Assembly: GCA_963169055.1 (NCBI GenBank)
Contig: CAUJFU010000170.1
Span: forward strand, 202 to 64,201
From: Myxococcota bacterium
Lineage (GTDB): Bacteria; Myxococcota_C; UBA6777
DNA: 64,000 nucleotides
Direction: 5' to 3'
Shown here: positions 24,622-33,060 of the stretch, piece by piece
How positions within the stretch are numbered: the stretch's first letter is position 1
Layout: every line of letters begins with the position of its first letter
The notes under the pieces: model-generated
The model's database searches: none
The model's input: only the letters and a program-made list of their open reading frames with translations
What the model was told of the DNA's origin: nothing
Program-made: the position numbers and the translations under genes

Positions 24622-25566
24622 TTGAGTCTGGCCCTCGTTCTCCCTCGTTGCCCTGCGTGCGGAAGGTTCGGTACTTTGTTTCAGCGACTCCATGTTCTCT
24701 TGCGCGAGAATCCTCACTTGTTTTTTGGCCTCGCCTTCGTTTTGCTCCTGCTTGCATCTTGCTTGATCGGAGCCTTGTATCCGTACGATCCCGTCTTGGC
24801 TCGGATGCAAGGCCACCCCCCATTGCAAGTCCCTTCTTTGCTCTTTTGGCTCAACACCGATCCGCGCTTTTGGCTCGGTACCGATCACTCCGGGCAGTCT
24901 CTCTTGATCTTGCTGATCAAAGGCACGCAGGCTTTCTTTTTCCCCGGTATCCTCGCCTCTCTCCTTGCCCTTTTCGGTGGGATCTCCCTCGGAGCTTTCT
25001 CTGGCTTTTATGGCGGATGGATCGAGCAGATCGGGCGCTATCTCAGCACCCTGATCAACTCTTTCCCCAACCTCATCCTTGTTCTCTTGTGTACCACCGT
25101 CTTTGGACCCAACGTCTATCTGATCGCGGCCATCGTCGGCATCACTTTTGTCCCCCATATCGCCGAAGAGATCCGACGCAAAGTCGCCCAACTCAAAGCC
25201 GAAGAATTCGTCATGGCCGCCGAAGCTCACGGCCTACAAGAACGACGTATCCTCTTTTTGCATATCGTTTGGTTGCACTGCCTTCCCCTGATCCTCCGCC
25301 AATTGGTGTTTCTATGGAGCGCCTTGATCATCCTCGAAACCAGCCTCAACTACCTCGGACGCGGTGTTTTGCAAAAAGGCATCTCATGGGGAAAGATGCT
25401 CTATGATTATCGCAGCGGACTTTTTCGCGGCGAGATCTGGAGTCCGTTGGTGGTCACTTTGGTTGTAATGCTTACGATGAGCGGCCTTTATCTCTTTGCA
25501 GAAGGACTCCAACGATGGAGCCAAGGGAAGGGCGTTTTGCACCAAGAACAACCGTTGGACAGCTAA
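24622..25566 (+). CDS. ABC transporter permease (OppC/DppC-type)
   Basis: ENPHLFFGLAFVLLLLASCLIGALYPYDP is an OppC-type N-terminus. Six predicted TM helices. The start is uncertain: a TTG at 24622, with no in-frame ATG before the first TM. Confidence 0.8.
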   Translation: MSLALVLPRCPACGRFGTLFQRLHVLLRENPHLFFGLAFVLLLLASCLIGALYPYDPVLARMQGHPPLQVPSLLFWLNTDPRFWLGTDHSGQSLLILLIKGTQAFFFPGILASLLALFGGISLGAFSGFYGGWIEQIGRYLSTLINSFPNLILVLLCTTVFGPNVYLIAAIVGITFVPHIAEEIRRKVAQLKAEEFVMAAEAHGLQERRILFLHIVWLHCLPLILRQLVFLWSALIILETSLNYLGRGVLQKGISWGKMLYDYRSGLFRGEIWSPLVVTLVVMLTMSGLYLFAEGLQRWSQGKGVLHQEQPLDS

Positions 25567-25630
25567 TCCAATACCTTCCAAATCCCCCCAATCCACGGTG
25601 CTTTGAGACGATCGTGTCGAAGGGATCTCC

Positions 25631-26596
25631 ATGCGCGAACAACCGCAAACACAACCCCATCCACCCCCCAAACCTTTGCTCGAAGTGGAACAACTCAAGA
25701 TCCATTTTCGTAGCCGTGGGCGTTTGGTGCGGGCTGTCGATGGCGTGTCTTTTTCCGTCGGATCTGGCGAAGGTATCGCCGTGATCGGAGAGTCGGGTAG
25801 CGGAAAAACCCTCTCCGCACTCGCAACTTTGGCCTTGGTTGGCGGCGAACCGGGCGTTGTTTCGGGGGCCATCCGCTACCAAGACGACACGCTCCAAACC
25901 AATCTGCTCGAAGGCATCGAGGCTTGCTTCCGACAAGAACAAGGCACCTACAAACCAACGTGGAAGGCCGAAGGATGGCGTTCTGCGTATCGTGAACGCG
26001 CAACCGCTCTCGCAGGCCGAAAGATCGGCATTATCTTTCAAAATCCCATCTCCTCCCAAGATCCGCTGTGGTCGGTCGGGCGCACTCTCAGCGAGTCCAT
26101 CCGTTTGCACAACCCCAAAGCCACACGCAAAGAAGCGTCGCAAGAAGCCGAACATTGGCTCGAACGCGTTCATATCAAAAATCCCGCAGGTGTCATGCGC
26201 TCTTATCCGCACCAGCTATCGGGGGGGATGTGCCAGCGCGTGATGATCGCCTCGACTCTTGCGATGCACCCCCGTATCATTATCGCCGACGAGCCGACCA
26301 CTGGCTTGGATATGACCACCAAGGCCCAAGTTCTTTATTTGCTCCACGAAGCCCGCGAAAAGTACGGTAGCAGCTTGATCTTTGTCACCCATGAGATCGG
26401 CTTGATCTCGGGTTTAACTGAGCGAGTCGTCGTAATGCGGCGCGGCCATGTCGTCGATCAGTTCGCAACATCCGACCTCTTGGATGTCAAGATGCGCGGG
26501 GAGACGCTCGAAACCTCCCACGAATTCGCAGAACACACACAAGATCTTTTGCGTTGCAGCCTTGCGCTCGAAGAGCGCCGCGCACGCGTGTTGTAA
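25631..26596 (+). CDS. ABC transporter ATP-binding protein (OppD/DppD-type)
   Basis: Walker A GESGSGKT, signature LSGGMCQR, Walker [12 protein letters not shown], and the H-loop in FVTHEIG. Confidence 0.95.
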   Translation: MREQPQTQPHPPPKPLLEVEQLKIHFRSRGRLVRAVDGVSFSVGSGEGIAVIGESGSGKTLSALATLALVGGEPGVVSGAIRYQDDTLQTNLLEGIEACFRQEQGTYKPTWKAEGWRSAYRERATALAGRKIGIIFQNPISSQDPLWSVGRTLSESIRLHNPKATRKEASQEAEHWLERVHIKNPAGVMRSYPHQLSGGMCQRVMIASTLAMHPRIIIADEPTTGLDMTTKAQVLYLLHEAREKYGSSLIFVTHEIGLISGLTERVVVMRRGHVVDQFATSDLLDVKMRGETLETSHEFAEHTQDLLRCSLALEERRARVL

Positions 26597-26609
26597 AGAG
26601 GGCGAGATC

Positions 26610-27689
26610 ATGGAAGAAAAAGTCGAGCCGATGCAAGACTCCAGCAGCCAAAACGCTGCGCCCCTCGCCACACAGGCGGACCCTCAACCCATCCTCGTCG
26701 CCGAAGCCGTCTGTAAGTTTTATCCGATCCGCCGTTCTCTCCTCGAACGCCTCCGCCGCCAACCGCCTCGTTTTGTCCGCGCCGTCGATCATACTTCTTT
26801 GCGCTTGATGCCCGGTGAAGTCGTCGGATTGATGGGCGAATCCGGCTGCGGGAAAACCACTCTTGGCAAGATCATCTGCCGTCTGATCCCCCCCACCTCT
26901 GGCAAGATCCAACTCCTTGGAAAAGATATTACTTCTCTTCATGGCGAAGAACTCCGTCGACTCCGACCCCGTTTTCAGATGCTTTTCCAAAATCCCTATT
27001 CCACGCTCAACCCCAAAATGAACGTCCACAACACCCTCCTCGAAACGCTGCGTGTGAACCTCAACCTCGCTCCTTCCGAAGAAGATCAACGCATCCAAGA
27101 AGTTCTCGCACAAGTCGGACTCCCTCACAAACGCTACAGCTTCCCCACCGAAATGTCCGGTGGAGAACGCCGAAGAGTCGGCTTGGCGCGCTTGTTGCTG
27201 CTGCGCCCCTCGCTGATCGTCGCTGATGAACCCGTCGCCGGCCTAGATGCCTCGATCAAGGCCAAGATCGTGGATCTGATGATGGAAACGCGCACCCCCG
27301 AAGTCGCTTATCTTTTTGTCTCCCATGATCTCCATGTCATACGCTACGTCGCAGATCGGGTCTTGGTGATGTTTTTGGGGATGATCGTCGAAGAGTTGCC
27401 CATCGCCACCTTCGAGGAAGATCTTCATCATCCCTACACCAGCACGCTCCTCCACGCGGCTCGTCAAGTCAGCCTCCACAACTCTTCCCAATCCAAAGTG
27501 GATTTCTCTGACTTGCCCTCCCACAACGAAGCGGTTGGCGCAGGATGCCCCTATGTCCACCGCTGCCCTTGGGCCGGACATGAAGTCCCTAAGGTCCGCT
27601 GCCTTGAAGAGAGGCCACCCTTGGTGCCTGTCGCTGCAAACCATCGCATCGCCTGTCACCGCTTTTCCCCTACACCGGAGAGTCTTTGA
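26610..27689 (+). CDS. ABC transporter ATP-binding protein (OppF/DppF-type) with Cys-containing C-terminal extension
   Basis: Walker A GESGCGKTT, signature MSGGERRR, Walker B IVADEPVAGLD, H-loop FVSHDL. The C-terminus carries CPYVHRCPW...C...C (oligopeptide-ATPase C-terminal type). ATG 26610 lies 13 nt after the oppD-like stop. Confidence 0.95.
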   Translation: MEEKVEPMQDSSSQNAAPLATQADPQPILVAEAVCKFYPIRRSLLERLRRQPPRFVRAVDHTSLRLMPGEVVGLMGESGCGKTTLGKIICRLIPPTSGKIQLLGKDITSLHGEELRRLRPRFQMLFQNPYSTLNPKMNVHNTLLETLRVNLNLAPSEEDQRIQEVLAQVGLPHKRYSFPTEMSGGERRRVGLARLLLLRPSLIVADEPVAGLDASIKAKIVDLMMETRTPEVAYLFVSHDLHVIRYVADRVLVMFLGMIVEELPIATFEEDLHHPYTSTLLHAARQVSLHNSSQSKVDFSDLPSHNEAVGAGCPYVHRCPWAGHEVPKVRCLEERPPLVPVAANHRIACHRFSPTPESL

Positions 27690-28612
27690 TGTTTCGCATC
27701 TCTACTTTCTTCTTTTATCCCCTCTCTCTCGGCTTTGTTCTTGTTCTTTCTCTTTCTTCAGCTTCCGCTCAAGACTTCCGTCAGATGGCTGAAAAGGGAA
27801 AAGTTCTCCTTGAGCGACAGCTTTATTCAGATGCAATTCAAGAGCTTTTGGCGGCATCTCAGACGCCCGAAGGCAAACAAAACGCCGAGGTTCATTACCA
27901 TCTAGGCTTGGCTTATTATCGAGTCGCGATCATCGATCGTGCGATCCTTGCGCTCGAACGAGCGGTCTCGCTCGCCAAAGCAGATCCCGAACGCCAGCGT
28001 CCCGCCCTGTTGCTCGAACAAATCAAGCAGCTTTTTACCAAAGTTCAGATCACCCTCGAAGTGGACCCCGATGAACTTGGAAAGGTCGTGGTTCAACTCG
28101 AACCTACCGAACCCTTTAGCAACCTACAAAAACGCCGCGCTCACGCCATGCTCGCCAAAAAATGGAGACAAGGCACTCCACTCAAAACAGGCGCTTATTA
28201 CCTACCCAAAGGAACTTACCGCTTTGGCATGCAACAGCCTGCTTGTCTGAGTTATGGGTTTTTCCTGAACAACCAACCGATCAAAACACTCGATGTCGCC
28301 GATGCCACCGTTCAATTGGCAATCAAAGACAAACCAACCTGCGTCTGCGAAGGCGGGCAAGTCCTCAAACAAGACGCCAAAAAACGTTATTGCACTTGCC
28401 CCGAAGGCACTTTGTGGTCGCAACGCGAAAACCGTTGCGAGATCCCCAAAAATGCCGCTGCTGCGCCATCTTGGATCTCCAAAAACTGGCCTTGGGTCAC
28501 CGCCTTGACGGTGATCGTTGTGGCTGCGGGTGTGACGGTTCCTGTTTTGCTTGTGATGAACAACAACAGCCCGCAAAAGGCTGAGTTTTCCAAAGGGTTT
28601 GACTTCAAATAA
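27689..28612 (+). CDS. Type-I membrane protein: signal peptide, TPR-like region, beta region, 6-Cys module, C-terminal TM anchor (paralog A)
   Basis: Signal FFFYPLSLGFVLVLSLSSASA. LGLAYYRV helix pair, then YLPKGTYRF...QPACLSYGF. Cys module CVCEGGQVLKQDAKKRYCTCPEGTLWSQRENRC, then NWPWVTALTVIVVAAGVTVPVLLV. The ATG at 27689 shares one base with the TGA of the ATPase gene. Confidence 0.7.
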   Translation: MFRISTFFFYPLSLGFVLVLSLSSASAQDFRQMAEKGKVLLERQLYSDAIQELLAASQTPEGKQNAEVHYHLGLAYYRVAIIDRAILALERAVSLAKADPERQRPALLLEQIKQLFTKVQITLEVDPDELGKVVVQLEPTEPFSNLQKRRAHAMLAKKWRQGTPLKTGAYYLPKGTYRFGMQQPACLSYGFFLNNQPIKTLDVADATVQLAIKDKPTCVCEGGQVLKQDAKKRYCTCPEGTLWSQRENRCEIPKNAAAAPSWISKNWPWVTALTVIVVAAGVTVPVLLVMNNNSPQKAEFSKGFDFK

Positions 28613-28740
28613 CCGTACGCCATCTTGGTATGGTTTGACACATACGCCACAAGAAGGCGATCGGTGCGGCCTTCAACGCCACACAAGAGAACGCATCACC
28701 TTCACCCTGCGGGGTTGATCGTGCGAAAAGGAGAGATTCG

Positions 28741-29826
28741 ATGAAGAGAGTTTGTGCTCGATGGCTTTTGTTGCTTGGATATCTCGTGCTTTCCACAGCA
28801 CCCGCGAAAGCCAGCCTCAAAGAGATCTCGGTGGATGCGACCAAAGCACATTGCCAACACCCCAAGTTCTCCCCTGACGGCACGCTGATCGCCTTTGAAG
28901 TCCGCCACGTTGAGAAACGTGCCATCGATTTGCGGATCTACGATGTGCGTTCAGGTGAAACCAAGATCATCCGTGCCGGAACCACCGTTCTCGACGAAGA
29001 TTCCGATAAACGCGGTATGGTCGCACGGGAGTTGTCTTGGGCTCCTACAGGCCATCGTTACCTCTACACCAGCAACGGCAGCGGCAACGTCTATGACATC
29101 TATATGTCCCGCGAAGGCCGCTTAAAATGGAGTTCGCGTTCCAAAAACGACGGACAGCCTGCATGGTCACCCGACGGAAAACGCATCGTCTTCACTTCCG
29201 CTCGCACAGGAAAAGGCGACTTGTACTGGGTCAACGTTAGCAAAATGAACCCTCGACGATTGACCAAAAACCCCGAAAGCACCGAGTTTTTTGCTGCATG
29301 GGATCCCTCCAACAGCAAGCGCCTCGCTTACGTCCGACACACCGACCAAAGCGATCGCATCTACCTGATCGACAACATCTTTGCCCCTTCTCCTGTCCGC
29401 CTCACTTCGTGGAAAAGCAACATCTCCGAAGTCAATCCTTCGTGGTCTTTGGATGGCAAATCCATCGCCTTTTTTGGCGTCCGCGAAGATGGTAGCGCAA
29501 ACCTCTATCTCAGCGGCGTTGGAGAAAAACCAACACTCCTCGCACGAAACATCGCAAAAAGCGATCAATCCGGCCCTGCTTGGTCTCCTGATGGCAAACA
29601 CATCTTTTTTGTTCAAAAAAGCAGCGCAAATGCCGACGTGATCACCGCGATCAACATTGAAACCAAGGCCACACGCACGATCGACACGGGAACCCAAGTC
29701 AACAACGAGCTTTCCGTCGTAGCGCGTGGTGGAAAGTGGCATATCGCTTTTTCTTCCCAAGGGAAAACTTCCTCCAACGATAAAGTCTACCGCAAACTCT
29801 ATATCAAAACTATCGATCCCCTGTGA
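28741..29826 (+). CDS. TolB-like periplasmic beta-propeller protein (PD40/WD40-like repeats)
   Basis: Signal peptide, then repeated PD40 signatures: FSPDGTLIAFE, WAPTGHRYLYTS, PAWSPDGKRIVFTSARTGKGDLYWV, AAWDPSNSKRLAYV, PSWSLDGKSIAFF, PAWSPDGKHIFFV. Confidence 0.85.
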   Translation: MKRVCARWLLLLGYLVLSTAPAKASLKEISVDATKAHCQHPKFSPDGTLIAFEVRHVEKRAIDLRIYDVRSGETKIIRAGTTVLDEDSDKRGMVARELSWAPTGHRYLYTSNGSGNVYDIYMSREGRLKWSSRSKNDGQPAWSPDGKRIVFTSARTGKGDLYWVNVSKMNPRRLTKNPESTEFFAAWDPSNSKRLAYVRHTDQSDRIYLIDNIFAPSPVRLTSWKSNISEVNPSWSLDGKSIAFFGVREDGSANLYLSGVGEKPTLLARNIAKSDQSGPAWSPDGKHIFFVQKSSANADVITAINIETKATRTIDTGTQVNNELSVVARGGKWHIAFSSQGKTSSNDKVYRKLYIKTIDPL

Positions 29827-29872
29827 ACAAGGCGACCTCTTGCCCAAGATCGCCCACCGAAAGGAGCCGAAT

Positions 29873-30829
29873 ATGCGGAAGAAACCTACCCGATGCGGGA
29901 TCGCCTTGGTGGCTTGGGTGGCCGTATGGCTCGGCTGCCAAACCGCTTTCGCACAAGATGAAGTGGACTTTGACGAAAATTATCGTTCGGGTCGAGAGAT
30001 GGTCAGCCAGAACCTTTACATGGACGCTGTACGATTGCTTTACCCGGCTGTTTTTAAAACGTCTCGCGGCAAAAAACACTTTGGCGCCAACTACTTCCTT
30101 GGGATGGCCTATTATCACGTCGGTAGCGTGACCCAAGCCATGAAAGTGCTCACCACAGCGCGAGCGCTTGCCCGAAAACGCAACCAACGCGAGCTGTTGT
30201 ATCCTTTGCTCAAAAAGATCAGCAAAAACTTTGGTGAGCTTCAGGTGATCTCCGAAGCAGGCGCGGACAGCCCAAAGATCCTCAAGATCGCCCTTACTCC
30301 ACAAAAAGCCTTCACGGACTCGATCCAACGCCGCGCCTTTTCGATCATCGCCGACCTTTGGAGCAAAAAGGGCATTCAGTTCGAAAATACCAAGACGCTT
30401 TGGTTGCCTAAAGGCGAGTATTTCTTGCAAATACCTCAGCCGATGTGTCTGTCGTATGCTTTTACCATCGGTGGCTCTGTGGTCAGCGACCTGAGCATCG
30501 GCGATAGCGCCGTAAGCATCGGCCTCAAAGATCTGCCTAGCTGCAAATGTCTTGGGGGGCAAGTTTTAAAAACGGAAGCGAAAAAGCGCTATTGCACTTG
30601 TCCAGACGGCAAGATCTGGGCGTCCGAACGCAAGCGTTGTATCCTCCAACAATCGACGGACAACCGAAGCTGGCTTGCGCGCAATTGGCCTTGGTTGACG
30701 GTCGTTGGGGTGGTCGTCGTCGCTGCTGCCGTCGCCATCCCTGTGGGGTTGGTGGTGGCTCAAAATCAAGATCGTGACATTAGCTTCGGAAAAACCGACC
30801 TCTTTTTGCGCCGCGATCTTCCGCGTTGA
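29873..30829 (+). CDS. Type-I membrane protein, paralog B of 27689-28612
   Basis: ATG follows AAGGAG. It carries the same landmarks as paralog A: LGMAYYHV, WLPKGEYFL, QPMCLSYAF, CKCLGGQVLKTEAKKRYCTCPDGKIWASERKRC, and NWPWLTVVGVVVVAAAVAIPVGLVV. Confidence 0.7.
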   Translation: MRKKPTRCGIALVAWVAVWLGCQTAFAQDEVDFDENYRSGREMVSQNLYMDAVRLLYPAVFKTSRGKKHFGANYFLGMAYYHVGSVTQAMKVLTTARALARKRNQRELLYPLLKKISKNFGELQVISEAGADSPKILKIALTPQKAFTDSIQRRAFSIIADLWSKKGIQFENTKTLWLPKGEYFLQIPQPMCLSYAFTIGGSVVSDLSIGDSAVSIGLKDLPSCKCLGGQVLKTEAKKRYCTCPDGKIWASERKRCILQQSTDNRSWLARNWPWLTVVGVVVVAAAVAIPVGLVVAQNQDRDISFGKTDLFLRRDLPR

Positions 30830-30840
30830 GGAGACAACTT

Positions 30841-32409
30841 ATGCGTCTGTGGCCCTCTCTACACGGGACTCTTCGTCTGTGGATCGTGATCTTGGCCGTT
30901 GCTGCGCCTTTTGTGGCATACGCCAAAGACCGCACCGCGATCTTTGTGCAAAGCCTCGAACCCAAAAACTCAAACGCCCAAAAAACCAGCGGCGAAATCA
31001 ATTGGCTCTTGCGTGCCTTGAGCCGAGCCTCTCTTGCGGATAAAGGCGAGGCTTTGTTGGATCGCGGCTTGTTTTTCTCGAACGCAGAAGCCCTTGCTGC
31101 GGGGAGCTGGCTTCGTCGAGCGCAGACGGCTCTCAACGAAGGTATGCAAAACTACGCTTCTGATCCTTCCGCTGCTTTGGAGCCTTTGCTCAAGGCCAGC
31201 CGTTTTCTCGAATACACCTTCGCTTATTTTCCTGTGATCGAGCAGATGCGCGTCTCTCGGCTTGCTTCGGGATTGCTTTATTGGCGAAAGGGTGAAAAAG
31301 CCGCCGGGATGAAGATGATGCAAACAGGTATCCTCCTCGATCCCAAATCCGCTGAGATGCCCGAAGCGTTCTCCGATGCAGAGAAAGAGATGATCGCTGC
31401 GGTGCGTTGCAAACTCTCGACGCAACGGACTTCTACTCTGACGATCCAAGCCTTTGATCCCCGCACCGAGCTTTATCTCAACGATAAATTCGTTGGTTTG
31501 GGCAAAGTCGACCTCAAGGACCTTCGTTCGGGCGAGTACATGATCAAGACGATGCTCGATGGATACCGACATTACAAACGCAAGTTCTTGCTTGGAAAAA
31601 GCGGACGAGTGTTTGCGAGAAATCGTCCCGGTCCAAGGATTCATTTTTATGAAGAGCTTTGTAAAAAGTTCCCCAGCATCTCGAACGACGAACAACTCAA
31701 AGACGAATTGAAAGCGGCGACCTCCACCCTGCGCCTCAAAAAAGACCATGTCACGCGCTTTTTGGTGGGGTGCTTTCAACCTTCGGGCAACGGCAACGTC
31801 GGAACCCTCAAATGGTTTGCCCTCGAAGGCGACAAGATGCAAAAAGGCAGTTGGAGTGTTCCCCCCTCCACAAAAGCCCGTATCCGTGGCCTTAACAAGC
31901 TGGTCTCCGCGCTAGGACTCCAAGCCAGCAGCCAAGAACCCTCGATGTCGCAATACGCTTCGCTCGCTCCACAAGATGGCTGCAAAGAACCCAACAACAT
32001 CGAACTTCCGCCGTTGATGCCCCCCAAAAGCGACCCGCCGATGTGGACCGTCTCTCCGGGGGATGCGATCACGCTTAGCACGCACCACGGCTTCCGCTTG
32101 CAGGGCACCGTGGTTGCCATCGACGGCGAAACCCTCACCCTCGAAGTCTCCAAAAACAAAAGCGATCCCGCTGTGTTGAGGCAAGTCAAGATCCAGCGCA
32201 AAGAAGTCAAATGGACATTTATTCTCGGACCCAAGCAAGAAGGTGGGTTTCGCATCGGAGAACGTCTGATCGTTATCTCCGTCTTTGGTCTAGTGATTCA
32301 TGGGGTTCTTGCTTCGGATGATGGGGAGAAAATGCGCTTACAAACCAAACACGGCAGCGAAGTCATTCCTTGGTCGATGATTCGGCGTGTGATCCGCCGT
32401 GATTCTTAG
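30841..32409 (+). CDS. Secreted protein with TPR-like region and PEGA-like domain
   Basis: ATG 30841 follows GAGGAG. Signal LRLWIVILAVAAPFVAYA. KDRTAIFVQSL resembles the KIAIIPY motif of the 45-48 kb paralogs. PEGA-like segment: LTIQAFDPRTELYLNDKFVGLGKVDLKDLRSGEYMIKTMLDGY. Confidence 0.7.
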   Translation: MRLWPSLHGTLRLWIVILAVAAPFVAYAKDRTAIFVQSLEPKNSNAQKTSGEINWLLRALSRASLADKGEALLDRGLFFSNAEALAAGSWLRRAQTALNEGMQNYASDPSAALEPLLKASRFLEYTFAYFPVIEQMRVSRLASGLLYWRKGEKAAGMKMMQTGILLDPKSAEMPEAFSDAEKEMIAAVRCKLSTQRTSTLTIQAFDPRTELYLNDKFVGLGKVDLKDLRSGEYMIKTMLDGYRHYKRKFLLGKSGRVFARNRPGPRIHFYEELCKKFPSISNDEQLKDELKAATSTLRLKKDHVTRFLVGCFQPSGNGNVGTLKWFALEGDKMQKGSWSVPPSTKARIRGLNKLVSALGLQASSQEPSMSQYASLAPQDGCKEPNNIELPPLMPPKSDPPMWTVSPGDAITLSTHHGFRLQGTVVAIDGETLTLEVSKNKSDPAVLRQVKIQRKEVKWTFILGPKQEGGFRIGERLIVISVFGLVIHGVLASDDGEKMRLQTKHGSEVIPWSMIRRVIRRDS

Positions 32410-32822
32410 CTTCGGCAAATCACATAGATTTGAAGGCGGTATTGGCGGCGATTTCGATAAAAGGCAACATTGATTCCGCTCCATCCGCTCGAAGAATTGA
32501 GGCTACGGAGGTGATAAGCACTGACGTGGCGCAGGACAAAAAGCCGACGCAATTTGTAATTCTTTCCATCACTTCCGTACACTTTGCGATAAAATTTCAA
32601 GATCCCATCGATATCTTCGTAACCACCAGAACTATAACGCCCACCGCCTAGATCTTCGGAGCCTTTGGGGACCATCGCTCCGCAGCTTCCGCGCTTGGAG
32701 CTTGGGTTCGCTTGGGCGGCGTGTTGTCCTCCAAGCCATAGCACAAGACACAATGCGCCGAGAGCGCGGAGGGTAGGATGAGATCGTCGAGCAGGGATGT
32801 GGGGAACCGTCCATATTTGCAT
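32406..32822 (-). CDS. Small secreted protein of unknown function
   Basis: An internal ATG at 32822 gives MQIWTVPHIPARRSHPTLRALGALCLVLWLGGQHAAQA/NPSS, which is signal-peptide-like, leaving a ~100-aa mature part. It is the last gene of the minus-strand array. The longer track ORF (to 33173) runs into the 3' end of the neighbouring gene. No recognisable domain. Confidence 0.4.
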   Translation of the reverse strand: MQIWTVPHIPARRSHPTLRALGALCLVLWLGGQHAAQANPSSKRGSCGAMVPKGSEDLGGGRYSSGGYEDIDGILKFYRKVYGSDGKNYKLRRLFVLRHVSAYHLRSLNSSSGWSGINVAFYRNRRQYRLQIYVICRS

Positions 32823-33060
32823 GATGTTTCCGTAAAAAACAGAAGGGGGTGTTTGATGTGCAGAGCAGGGATATCCATGCAGACACCGAAGGCATGGCGT
32901 CTGCGTGGCTTTGGCTGCGTCTACAAGAGACGGAAGCAGGGATGTTTGCGCCATCCATGCCCCTCTATATCGTGCTGAGCGAGATCGCGATGACAAAAGG
33001 GGAGGAGAAGGAGAGAGGCATGGAAAGAAGGCGATCGGTTTGAGGCGGCAAAGAGGTCGA

